From contig NC_082722.1 of NCBI RefSeq assembly GCF_030144855.1, positions 12,214,001-12,278,000 of the forward strand: a DNA stretch of 64,000 bases, given 5' to 3'. Shown here piece by piece: positions 1 to 12,015 of the stretch. Under the pieces are notes generated by a model. It was not told the origin of the DNA. It ran no database searches and saw only the letters and a program-made list of their open reading frames with translations. Every line of letters starts with the position of its first letter. Within the stretch, counting starts at the first letter, position 1. Position numbers and translations under genes: made by a program. Source of the stretch: Hypanus sabinus (lineage: Eukaryota).

Positions 1-553
1 TTCCCATTCTATAAATGTTTTCAGCTCCATCATATGATTTATAGTTCTGTTCCAACGTTTGGCCTTTTTCCCTCTAAAGCTATTAGAATGTTATCCAATG
101 ATCTGCAGGATGGTTTAAGTTTAAGAAGCCGAAATCGTCTTTTTCTTAAACAAACTGATTGTTTTCTACCACTAATCGTTGTTTCTTCCTATTTCTGAAC
201 TCTGCCGCATTCTTACTTATGAAATAAAGTAATTCATCTAATTAAAATAGGGATATATGAGTTTTGGATATCAATACCTTTCTGTCATTAATTCAAAGGC
301 CGGTGATATCTACCTCGGTTTGACTGATGCCATCAAGTATCCTATCCTAATGCCTGTGTGGATCAAAATTTACTAACGTAAGGAAATGGCTATAGTTAAC
401 TTGATATAACGTTCGGAACTGGGATGAGGCTGCACTTCTCACATCTATATTCCATTCTGTAAGCTCATTGGATGGCACAAATGACGGACAGGTAATGGCG
501 TATGTCCTTGCCTCGCAGTTCGCATCACTGACGTTGCCCAGTGATTACATTTC

Positions 554-617
554 ATGTTTGTTGCCTTCAAGATAGCTGTATCGATCATTGAAATGTATTT
601 CTTCGCAGCGCTCGGTG
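554..617 (+). CDS. Gene A exon 1, leader peptide MFVAFKIAVSIIEMYFFAALG(V)
   Basis: ATG at 554 (alternative in-frame ATG 593), hydrophobic 21 codons, donor G|GTAACC at 617/618; phase 1 matches the next acceptor. Confidence 0.7.
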
Positions 618-749
618 GTAACCAACTCGTGGGGATTATTTTCACCACAGTTTCCCTCAGTTCGTTTAATATTTCATTCTGTATCTCTATTTCTCATTCT
701 AAATCTTACTTTGTGTTTTGTAATAATAATTCATGTTCGTTTTCAATAG

Positions 750-1061
750 TTACTGCGGACGAAGTATTTCAAGTAATCCAAACCCCTCAACGTACCAGCT
801 TAACCGTTGGTGAAAATGCCATTTTCAGCTGCACAATTTCCAGCTCTGAAGACACATCAAATGTCAACATTTACTGGTGGAAACTTGGCGAAGTAAATCT
901 CATTCAACCAGATAGCAGGAAACATATTGACAGTGGGGAAGAAAAGGGCTCACTCCAGCTCCTGAATATCAGTATCGCCGACTCTGGAGTCTACCACTGC
1001 GGAATCAAATTCAGAGGAGTAGATGTGGCAAATGGGAGTGGATCACAGCTTATTGTCAGTG
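750..1061 (+). CDS. Gene A exon 2, Ig V-set domain with germline-joined J-like G strand
   Basis: Acceptor tttcaatag|, donor G|GTAAGA, both phase 1; 312 nt. Canonical FSC, YWW, LQLLNISIADSGVYHC and ANGSGSQLIVS. Confidence 0.92.
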
Positions 1062-2660
1062 GTAAGATTCAGATAAAGCTCAGATCATTTGCGATCTCAG
1101 TTGCTTGATTACTCAGTTGCATGAGACAATCCAAATGCTGTAATATTTATATCAGGAAACAAAGTCCTCTTTTCCATAAATTGATATCAAAAACACTTAG
1201 AGATTGAATTCCTTGGTTATTAACATGTTTGAGTGTTTTTATGTTTAACTTTTTTTTTCTCGTAAGCATACAGAAGAGTGCTTTACATGACAGATTAGGG
1301 GAAATGCAATTCCTGCAATTCCTTAGCCTTTTTCTATTACTTATTAATGCCGATTATTAAGTTGTTTCGATATTCAAAATGTTGAAGGAATATGTGCCCA
1401 AGCATTTCTCCAAAATGATTTTCCATGAAGAGTATGCCAAATCTCGATGCGATTTGCAGAAACATAATGCGTTTCGTTGGTGTTTGTGCTTGGCAACACT
1501 TAGCAGCTATTGAAAGGTACACATTTCTGTGAATTTGGAAACAGCAGAGGCAACATAGATTCAGCAAGGCGTATACGGGGCTATGAGATGATCTTCAAAG
1601 CTCGAATGTTGCTATTTGACTCAGAATTACAGTATTGCCTATGGCACCATGGCAAATGCCATGTTTTTGTTTATTTCAAATGCACTAAAGGAGGCAGGCG
1701 TAGAATATTACATAGGCATCTCCTGACTTCGACGCCACCCGAGAATTTGCAACAATTCTTGAGTATGCACTAAAGATTTACTCTTGCATATGTTCAAACC
1801 GCTAAATCTGGCTGAGAGCTCAACACTTGGGAAAGAAGAGTGCTGCATCTGTGCTTTGGCCAAAGCACTCCTGGCTCATACTGACAGATCTGTGTCTGAT
1901 GCTAGCTGCCCTTCTAGTCACCAATACACAGCTTAGGTTAACCCCAGATGGCAATCCGACTTATGGAGATCTCATCTGATTTGCTCCAATATGAGTATCA
2001 TCAATTCGGTGTGTCCTTCACGTGAAATTTCCATTCTTCCAACCAACTAAGAAAGGCTCTCGCAGCCGGAGCTATTCCGGGAAATGATTTTTCCCCTAAC
2101 AATCTAGATTCTTGAAATATTTCAAACAATTCCCGTGGATGGAAGTTGATTATATATTTTGTTTCTGCGATCCGCAGGTGTGAACGCATCTTCATTAACT
2201 TGTCACGCTAGTCCTGAAAACCCATATCCTATTCTTGTAGAGAGGAGATATTTTTTACATACTGTGGTTTCGGAAATAATCAGCATATGTTCTATTCGGG
2301 GGTCAGAAGATACGGGAATTGTTTGGGAAAACACGAATAATTGTTAAGATCCAAAGTGCGCTTGAAAACATGAGAGAAGTACGTTCATTACTAACATTCA
2401 GCTGAGATTTACATAAAAATTTGGCAACTTTTGTAAATTGTAAAGATAAGATATTCGATTTAATTAGACAGATATTCGGTAGCGACCCTTTGTTTGCAAT
2501 TCCATGAACTGTAATTTTCACTAGTTAAAATGTACCATGGCCATTTCATTCCTAACTGGTTAATGCTGCAGGTTTAAATGGAAAAGCTGCTTGAGTTCGA
2601 GGTGTTGTTGTAAAATCCAATTTTAATATAAACTTATAATTATGCTTAATTTTTCATCAG

Positions 2661-2957
2661 CTTCACCAACTCCTCTGCAAATTCTTAGAAATAGAGGACA
2701 GCCATCAACTCTCTTCTGTAATATGGCTCCATTTTACCCGGCAGGAGTGACTATTGTTTGGTATAAAAATAACAAAACCATTTCGAATGGAATAAATACT
2801 ACTCAAAGGCTCAACAACGCCGGCATGTATGAAGCTTCTAGTACTCTTCATGACGCACAGCTTGCTCAGAGCGGTAGCGTTTACACATGTCTGGCATCTC
2901 ACGTAACTCTGAAAATTCCAGCCATGGCAATTTATTTGGTTCCTAATTTCAATCCAG
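2661..2957 (+). CDS. Gene A exon 3, Ig C1-set domain
   Basis: Acceptor ttttcatcag|, donor G|GTAAGA, phase 1. Motifs LFCNMAPFYP, IVWYKN, YTCLASHVTL are typical C1-set. Confidence 0.92.
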
Positions 2958-3281
2958 GTAAGATTTTTTTTTGTCAAGCCGGTATTAATCAGCAGTCTAT
3001 AAATTCATTAATTCGAGAATAGGGAATCTTTGACTTCTAATACATGGGATTACTTCCCTAGTACAATCAGAGGTAACTGATAAATATTAATTGGTAAATT
3101 TCAATGACATTAAACTATTTTAGCTGTTTTCCACTATACGGAATTGTATGGTTTATCGTCCTTCCCCTTTTTTACATAGTTAAACGGTGATGAATGTATT
3201 TTCATCAAATTCAAATAGTTACTAAGTCTAGTAAGAGATTTGTTGACAATTTCAAGTGTGAATTTTATACCATCCTTGCAG

Positions 3282-3404
3282 ATCGAGACGCCTGGACCTC
3301 GACTAATTTTTATTTAAAGGTTTTTGGATCCACAGGGTTTGCACTGACACTCTTTCTTCTAATGGTCATTACCAGAATCCCGTTCAGGTTCATCAGCTGT
3401 CGAG
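3282..3404 (+). CDS. Gene A exon 4, stalk plus transmembrane segment
   Basis: Acceptor catccttgcag|, donor G|GTAAAG, phase 1. DRDAWTSTNFYLKVFGSTGFALTLFLLMVITRIPFRFISCR; no stop, so at least one further exon is expected. Confidence 0.85.
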
Positions 3405-3845
3405 GTAAAGTATCCTTTTAGCTAAATGCACAATTTTGTTTGAATACAGATTGAACTCTAGTGGCTGTTTACGTTCATCATCTGTGCTCCGAAAGTGCAG
3501 TATGTAGTATAGGTTGTCCGAATTTGTAATGAATCATATATCTGATTCCACTGCCTCTAGTACCATTAGATTTATTTAAACATTGGCAAAAAAAAGTTAT
3601 TTCTTATGGTCTTATGGTATAAAAACATCAAATCTTTGGAGGCAGAGTAGACAACTTATTTACGATTTTCAATCAACAGTAGTACTCCACTGATCGTCAC
3701 CAGATGATTCCACAGGAAGAATAATATCAGGTTATGAAATATATGATTTGTTTAGATTGCTCAATCATTCTAAATTGACATTTGTCTTAGCTAATGCATA
3801 ACATCTTACGTCATTTTCCGAGAAGTTTCAAAAGTTGCTTTTTTT

Positions 3846-4885
3846 AGAAAAATAGAAACATAGAAAACCTGCAGCACAATACAGGCCCTTCGGCCCACAA
3901 AGTTATGCCGAACATGCCCCTACCTTAGAAATTACTAGGCTTACATATAGCCTTCAATTTCTCTAAGCTCCATGTACCTATCCAAAAGTCTCTTAAAAGA
4001 CCCTATTGTATCTGCCTCCACCACAGTTGCCAGCAGCCCATTCCACGCACTCACCACTCTCTGAGGAAAAGGCTTACACTGACATCTCCTTTGTACCTAC
4101 TCTCCAGCACCTCAAACCTGTGTCCTCTTGTGGTAACCATTCCAGCCCTGGAAAAGAGCCTCTGACTATCCACATAATCAATGCCTCTTATCACCTTATA
4201 CGCCTCTATCAGGTCGTCGCTCCAAGGAGAAAAGGCATATTCTCATAAGACATGCTCCCCAATCCAGGCAACATCCTTGTAAATCTTCTCTGCACCCTTT
4301 CTATGGCTTCCACATCCTTCCTGTAGTGAGGCGACCAGAACTGAGCACAGTACTCTAAGTAGGGTCTGACCAGGGTCCTATATAGCTGCAACATTGCCTC
4401 TTGGCTCCTAAGTCCAATTCCACGATTGATGCAGGCCAATACACCCCAATTCCATGATTGATGCAGGCCAATACACCGTACGCCTTCTTAACCACAGAGT
4501 CAACCTGCGCAGCTGCTTTGAGCATCAGTCGGACCCCAAGATTCCTCTGATCCTTCACACTACCAAGAGTCTTACCATTAATACTATATTCTGCCATCAT
4601 ATTTGACCCACCGAAATGAACCACTTCACATTTATCTGGGTTGAACTTCATCTGCCACTTCTCAGCCCAGTTTTGCATCCGATCAATGTCCCGCTGTAAC
4701 CTTTGACAGCCCTCTACACTATCCACAATACCTCCAACCTTTGTGTCATCGGGAATCTTACCAACCCATCCCTCCACTTCCTCATGCAGGTCATTTATAA
4801 ATATCACGAAGAGTAAAGGTCCTAGAACAGATCCCTGAGGCACTCCACTGGTGACCGAACTTCATGCAAAATATGACCCGAAATA
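3846..4885 (-). mobile_element. CR1-clade LINE, 5'-truncated 3' fragment
   Basis: ORFs 4355..4843 and 4209..4439: PQGSVLGPLLF, PDDTK, RPYLEYCAQFWSP; 3' tail with (ctatgttt)-type end at about 3850. Confidence 0.9.
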
Positions 4886-5826
4886 AACGAAGAAGTAAAC
4901 AATTCGATATTCGATAACAAAAGCTGAATTCATCTCGTGGAAGTAAAGAGAAATTTCAAAGCATTGCACATGACGTGGGGATAGAACCTGGATCCATTCA
5001 AGTCCGATTGAAATGCATTGGTTGTAATTATTTTATATATTTAGCCATAGCTACCTCATGCGTGCTGAATAAAAAACAAACTGACAGATTCAGTACCAAA
5101 TTCTTTACGGCGACTCACTATTGTGCCATTCGCTCCAACGAGATCTCTGAGCGTACATTTGAAGTTTCCATGCAGAGTTTGAAATGACAGCGAATTCTTG
5201 CCGTGGATATGGTCAGATAATTGTTGCTGAATCAGGAATTTAAATTATTGCCTCACTCTCAAAAAGATAACATAGTGGCGTAAATTTCCAATCTTAGTTT
5301 CCAGATATCTGCCGAAGAAATAGCTGTTTCTCTTGGGTAAGTTCGTCGGAGAAAATGCTACAACAGTCAATTATGCCAGGTTTTGTCTTCTAATGCTACT
5401 TAAGTAAGATATCCAGTAGTACAGACTCGACGGGCTTCTGGAAAATAAACGGGAGAGCGAACTTCCGGCCATCCGGCTACAAGTTTGCATTTTGAAATAT
5501 TCATTCTTCAGAGTAGTCAGCAGAGTTGCTTACAGTGGTGTTAGGCAGGTCGATGTCGGGTATGTTTCTACTCCGGACACAGTGAACACACCAGAGCTGG
5601 AAGAATCGATTTGGTGCAACCTTTTGCATCAGTGTTGTCGAAATGTGAACAACGTAAACTTACATAAACACAAGCGGGCAACATATATCGAATTGTTTAC
5701 TTCTTCGTTTATTTCGGGTCATATTTTGCATGAAGTTCGGTCACTTTAGATTAGATTGCAATTATGTTAAGCCGTGGTCACCCGTGTTAACAGGCAGTTA
5801 ATTATGTTTAAATTAGTGCGCCGTAG

Positions 5827-6085
5827 TCACACTCCCACCACTCTCTGTGCAAAGAAGCCCCCCACAATATTCCCTTTAAACTTTTCCCCCTTCACCCTTA
5901 ACCCATGCCCTCTGTTTTTTTCCCCTAGCCTCAGTGGAAAAAGCCTGTTTGCATTCATTCTATATATACCCATCATAATTTTATATACCTCTATCAAATC
6001 TCCACGCTCCAGGGAACAAAGTCCCAACCTATTCAACCTTTCACTGTAACTCAGTTTCTCAAGTCCCGGTAACATCCTTGTAAAA
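5827..6085 (-). mobile_element. CR1 LINE ORF2 C-terminal fragment
   Basis: MLPGLEKLSYSERLNRLGL...RGDLIEVYKIM...RGHG motif. Confidence 0.85.
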
Positions 6086-6339
6086 TTTATTTGTGTTTCC
6101 CTCGGATACTTTTATTATGTCCCCCTCATATGTTCCCAGTATTTTCCCGTTCCTATCACTCTTTGGATAAATACATTTCTCCATAATCCACAAAGGAGAA
6201 TACTGCCTGTGGCTCTGATTTTGTACTTCCCACAAAACCAAACATGTCAAGTGATTCCAATAGCTATCAGAACTCTTTCCAGCATAGTTTTCTCCGTAGA
6301 AATATACCCAATTAAGTCGAGCTCGATGAATTCCAATTT

Positions 6340-7650
6340 GAATTGGACATGATTCATTATTATCACATGCAGGGAAAAGACTGCATTGCAGACATAGAGA
6401 TCAAGTTATTACACAGTGCATTGGGGTAGTGCAAGATAAAGCAATAACAAAATGCAGAATAAAATGCAACCGGTACTGAGAAAATACAGTGTGGATAAAC
6501 AATTCGGTACAATATCATAACGAGATAGATTGTACGATCAGAAATGCATTTTATCGTGCTGGAGAACCATTAATTACAGTACTCATAACAATGGGACCGA
6601 AGCTGCCCTTGAACCTGGCGGTGTATGCCGTCAGGTTTTTGAACCTTCTTCCCAGTGGAAAAATAGAGAAGAGAGAATATTTGCGTGGGTGGAGTCTTTG
6701 ACTATGCTGGCTGCTTTAATGAGGCAATGAAATTTACAACGTTCTCCACATGGGGGAGGGGGGCTCATGTCCGCGATGGACTGGGCTGCGTCCACGACTC
6801 TCCGCAGCTTCTTACAGTTCATCATGATAGGATGTCTTCTGTGGTGCTCAGTGAAATTGGTTGGGGTTGGGTGAGTGGGGTTGGGGGTCATGACAAATTT
6901 CTTTAGCTTCCTGAGGAAGCAGAGGAGTGTGCGAGCCTTTCTGGCCGTGACATTAATGTGTTTGAGCCAGGAGAGGTGAACTTGAAGCTCTTAACCCTCA
7001 CAACCTCAACACATTGATGTAGACAGGAGAATGTGTATTGACCTCTTCATGAAATCAATGAACAGCTCTTTTGTTTTGCTGACATTGAAGGAAAGGTTGT
7101 TATCATGGCACTCTTTCTCCTTACTGTATTTTGACTCAACGTTATTTGAGAGACTACCTATTACGGTGGTGGATCGTCTAGATAAAACCCTGTCAGGCAA
7201 ACGCGAGTGTGTAGAGAGTAAATTAAAGGGCTGGGGATGTAACCTCGTGGAGCATGAGTGTTTAGAACAATCGTGGCGGAGTTGATGCTGCCTCTTCTTA
7301 CTGATTGCAGTCTGTTCGTTAGGAAGTCAAATATCCCGTAGCATTAGTACGCAGGGTCCTGAGTTTGATGATCAATTTGCTTGGAATTATACTCTTGAAG
7401 GTGGAGATGCCGGCAATAAACTAAAGCTGACGTATGTGACTTTACTATTCAGATGTTCTGGAGACGAATGCAGTGCCAGGATACTGGCATCCGTTATAGT
7501 CCTGTTTCGGCGGCAGGCGAATTGCAGTGAGCCCAGAATGCCTTAGAGCCTGCAGTTAATGGATGCAATGACCGCGCACTTCGTGAAGGTAGATGTCAGA
7601 GCCAATAAGCGGTAGTCCTTGAGGGACGTTATCACGTTTTGCTTTGGTAC
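6340..7650 (-). mobile_element. Rex1/Babar-type LINE fragment, decayed
   Basis: NNLSFNVSKTKELFIDF, KLRRVVDAAQSI, KAASIVKD motifs in minus ORFs; homologous to 9113..10140. Confidence 0.75.
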
Positions 7651-9112
7651 GGGATTATAGTGGTCTTAGAACAGGTAGGAACGTCAGGTCGAAGCAGGGA
7701 GAGGCTAAAACAGTATGTTAATAGACCAACAGAGATGTGCATTGGACCTAATAACTTATCTATGGATACCATCCAGTCCAAATACTTCTCACAACTTCAG
7801 AAAGTACATTCCATGGTTTCCCTCTCTTAAATACTGATTATTTAATTAACTCATATGCAGTAGCAAAATAGCAAGTTTTACCCTCTATTGACTCTGATCA
7901 GACATTTTTATTCTTATTTACAGACCGTTGACGATTAAAAAGTAGCAAACCACTGTGGCAAACAGGCTTTATGCGTGGGATTCTGAGAGGAAAATGCAGA
8001 GATGATGACTTCAATATTGTTGCCATAATACTGCCGTGAAAATTATAAGTTATCTCCAAATAACAGCTATTTGTGTGTGTGTTTTGGTTGCAATGCATGT
8101 TTTCCGATAACTGGTCTCAGTATAGAGATTATATATTCTTTCCAGCGCAGCATTTTGGTTCTCCGCTCACCTGTCCATTAGAAACCTGTTATTACCTAAC
8201 TCGAGGAAAGTTCCAGTGTTGATCTTCTACATGAAAATGTAAATCTGATTGCTCACTAAGGTATTTAACAGAATAATGTCGTTGTTTTTAGTCTACAACT
8301 CAGTCCCTCTGAATATCTGAATATGATACGGAGAATGTGGCTGAGAAGAATAATAAATTGGCCGAATGGCTTAATTCCGATGAATTGTTTTATGGCGTTA
8401 TGATCTTACGTTCTTAAAATACCTTAGACAGTGTTTTATGCTTTGCAGTTTGATCGCTATTCGCTGAGCCATAACGAAAAATGTTTAGGCAGCTTTCGTG
8501 CCATTTAGATAGGCTTTTATTTAAACTGAAAAAAAATCCTTAATGTTCATTCGTGAATTATTGTGGAGAAATTAGGTATCAATAATCTTGAACTAAATGC
8601 CCTTTTGCGCAAAATGAAATGTAAGTTTCTGGAAGACAATTTTCTGAAGACGCCCACTACTGTTTGGAGTGCTGTTATACTCCATTAATAACCATTCATT
8701 TAATGGCTCTCTTCCTGCTAATTATTCTTACAGTTCCATCTTCCGTTTCTTATTAATATCAAACTGTGGCCTATTTCAAACGTTTCTTCGTATTCCTTCA
8801 CAATCATCTTCCACCACTGCAGCATCCATTATCAGCCTTACCCAAACTTTTTGTTCTGGAGGAACCCTTGAAGTAAGTTTCAGGTCTGAGGGAATTCCTG
8901 CATAAGAATTATAATATCTAGAGCTCACAGTACATTAGCATAATCAGTAGATTGTACATATAATACTGTAATCCAAAAATAATTCTGAATGCTCTTTGGA
9001 ATAGAGAATGAATTTTTAGCTGACTTTTCTTGAAAACAAAACAGGTATTTAAGCTTAGCTTATATTTCTTGAATTTACTCTTTCGTTCTCTTTCATAAGT
9101 TTTAAAAGCTCA

Positions 9113-11165
9113 TAAGGCAAATAATAACTACTGCTGTACATACCGTCCTTACACATCTGGAGAAGAAGGATGTTTATGTGAGAACATTGTTCTTGGACTA
9201 CAGTTCAACATTCAACACCATAGTTCCATCCAGGCTTGACAAGAAGCTCAGAGACCTCGGCCTTGACCCTGCCTTGTGCAGCTGGATCTTGTACTTCTTG
9301 TCAGATCGCCAGCAGGTTGTAAGAGGAGGCTCCCTCACCTCCAACCCCCTGACTCTCAATACAGGAGCCCCTCAAGGCTGCGTACTGAGTCACCTCCATT
9401 ACACCCTGTATACCCATGACAGTTCCGCCACCTACAGCTCCAATCTGCAAACTAAATATGCCGACGACACTACACTGATGGGCTGCACTGCATTTATCTC
9501 AAACAATAACGAGGTGGCCTACAGGGAAGAAGTCATCTCTCTGACACAGTGCTGTCAGAATAACAGCCTCTCCCTCAATGTCGCAAAAACAAAGGAGTTG
9601 GCTGTGGATTACAGGAGAAATAGAGATGAGCTAACCTTAATTGACATTAATGGATCTGGGGTGAGAGGGTAAACAGCTTCAAGTTCCTCGGCATCCACAT
9701 CACTGAGGATCTCACGTGGTCTCACACACCAGCTGTGGGGTGAAAAGGGCACAAGAGCGCGTCTTTCAACTCAGACGGTTGAGGAAGACTGGATGGCCCC
9801 CCCAAACTCTTTCTATAGGGGCACAATTTAGACCATCCTGACTGGCTGCAACACTACCTGGTATTGGAACTGTACCTCCCTTAACCATAGGATTCTGCAG
9901 AGAGTGGTTAGGACAGCCCAGCGCATCTGCAGTTGCGAACTTCCCATGATTCATGACATTTACAAGGACAGGTGTGTAAAAAGGGGCCATAGGATCATTG
10001 GGCACCTAAGCCATCACAACCACAATCTATTCCAGCTTTTACCATCTGCAAAGCGATACTGCAACATAAAAGCCCAGACCAGCAGGCTCCAGGACAGGTT
10101 TTTCCACCAGGCCATCAGACTGATGAACTCACCCTGATTTGAGTGTACTCTATATTACATTGACTGTTCTATTTATTATAAATTCAGATTCAGATTCAGT
10201 TTAATGTCATTTAGAAACCACAAATGCAATGCAGTTAAAAAATGAGACAACGTTACCCCAGAATGATATCATAAAAGCATATGACAAAACAGACCACACC
10301 AAAAAATCTACATAACGTTTGGCAATCGCCAATCCAGAGTCCAGAGAGGCTCCTGCGCCCTCATACCGCACTACCGTCTAGAGCGTTCCCCGGAAAGGAG
10401 CTCCAAATCCACCAGACAAACAAGACCAAAAACTAAAGCTACAAGACCTGCACAAAACAACATAATTACAACATATAGTTACAACAGTGCAAACAATAGC
10501 ATAATTGATAAAAGAAAACAGACTATGGGCACAGTAAAAATAGTCCAAGATGTTAAAGGACTGTAAGTTCAGAAGAAATCACCAAAGTTTCCGCAAGTTC
10601 CCAGGGTCCCGACAGCCTCGCCATCCCACGCCGGCGGCAGAAGAGAATACCCCCGCTATGGACTTCCACGGTAGCACACAGTGGAAGCTCCGTCAAAACC
10701 AGCCTCGCGAAAGCGACCTGAGTCCGTCGAAAGGACTCCGAGTCCGTCGACACAGCTTCTCCTTGCACCATCCTCTGCCAAGCGTATTAAGGTGGCCCCT
10801 CCAACGGCCATCGGCAACGCGACCCCGAAGACTGGGGGCCTGTTCTTCTCAGCAGAGTCCCGGACCTCATAGCAGCAGCAGCAACGAAGAAGGTCTTCCT
10901 GGAATTTCCCGATATTTCTCCATGCTTCCACGACCGTTTTCAATCGATTATGATTGCGCACGGCACCCCACTTCACAAATAACATCTAATCAGCTCCGGA
11001 GTAGCCGCTGCAAGCTGCGTCGCGCCGCCATCTTGGACCTTGATTAAATTATTAAACATTACTATGATTGCACATTTAGATGAAGACGTTACATAAGGAT
11101 TTTTACTTTTCATGTATGTGAAAGATGTAAGAAATAAAGTCAATTCAATTTGATTCGATTCGATA
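9113..11165 (+). mobile_element. Rex1/Babar-type LINE, RT and 3' UTR (interrupted at 10185..11045)
   Basis: ORF 9178..9672: LFLDYSSTFNTI, GAPQGCVLS, YADDTTL, NVAKTKEL; tail aataaagtcaattcaattt shared with the copy at 57740..58735. Confidence 0.85.
10185..11045 (-). mobile_element. Non-autonomous LINE-related element (about 860 bp)
   Basis: Starts AAGATGGCGGCG on minus, ends in (CTGAAT)n tail, interrupts the Rex 3' UTR; no RT or endonuclease coding. Confidence 0.6.
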
Positions 11166-11169
11166 CAAT

Positions 11170-12015
11170 AAATTTCTGAATTCTGGGTCGAACTTGAGAT
11201 GAACACAGAGGAATTTTGCCTTCAGTTAAAATGACGATTTCTGTCCTTGCTCTTGATGCGTCTTAAACAAGGAAAAGCTTGTTCACACAAGTAAGAATTT
11301 GAAAACTACTGGAAAATATTCATTGCTTTCCTATGTACGACAGGATACTCTTCTTCCAGAGCTTGTTCAGGGGCATTTCAGTAAATCTCATCTTGAGTGT
11401 ATGATCAGAGTACAGCTCACAAAGTTCTTTCGCTTCCCTCAAAGTCAATTTCTCAGGCTGAGCAGATGATTCAAAGAAAGGATCCCTCACCCAGTCGAAC
11501 ATGTGTTGAAAGGGTAAAAAAATACTGTTCAATTTTGTTCTGCAGTTCTTCCAGGTGGTTTTCAATAAGACTCGAGACTTTCTGATACCCTTCTTCACTC
11601 TCAAGCCCAAACAGGAATGGAATTCGCTTTGCAGTTCAAACATCTTGTTGAGAACTCTTCCTCTGCTAAGCCTCCGGATTTCTGTATGTAGCAGATTAGT
11701 GTACTTTTTGTCTAGGTTTTCCCACAGTTTTCTAAACATTCTCGGGTGACCTGGTTTTAAAGTTACTAAATAACCTGAATCTTGTATCTGACTGTGACTT
11801 TATTTTCAAAAACTTTAGTCTGTTTGTTTTGAGAATCCAATAGTCGTTTAAAATAATTAGTACTTTTACGTGTCATATGTCTCTGAATTGTAGTTAAGTG
11901 CCTTTTCAATTTTGCTTGAGCCATTGCTATATTTGTAAATTGTTCGCCACAGACTAGACGCAGTGGAAAAGGACAACTTGGGTCACCAGTCCATAAGCAG
12001 CTTTCATTGTAAAGA
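11170..12015 (-). pseudogene. hAT transposase remnant: BED zinc finger, catalytic C-terminal part and dimerization domain
   Basis: Manual translation YNESCLWTGDPSCPFPLRLVCGEQFTNIAMAQAKLKRHL (BED finger); ORF 11320..11739 HTEIRRLSRGRVL, WVRDPF; SYLCEQAF...IKSKDRNR near 11250. Confidence 0.85.

Noticed and set aside
554-1108. 184-aa ORF as a single-exon gene
   Set aside because: It reads through a stop-free 132-nt intron (618..749) and past a strong donor at 1062; the spliced model fits better.
2159-2347. SSLTCHASPENPYP after a good acceptor, resembling a C1 start
   Set aside because: No Trp or second Cys spacing of an Ig fold, no convincing donor, early stop.
3462-3499. Possible phase 1-to-0 exon after gene A's TM
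   Set aside because: It would need a 57-nt intron, very short for a vertebrate.
6410-6450. CACAGTG heptamers (also near 5576, 9485, 58045) as RAG signal sequences
   Set aside because: No ACAAAAACC nonamer at 12 or 23 spacing, not adjacent to V exons, mostly inside TEs.
10550-11047. 165-aa plus-strand ORF
   Set aside because: Antisense to a GC-rich repeat, low-complexity Arg/Ser/Pro content, no domain motif.
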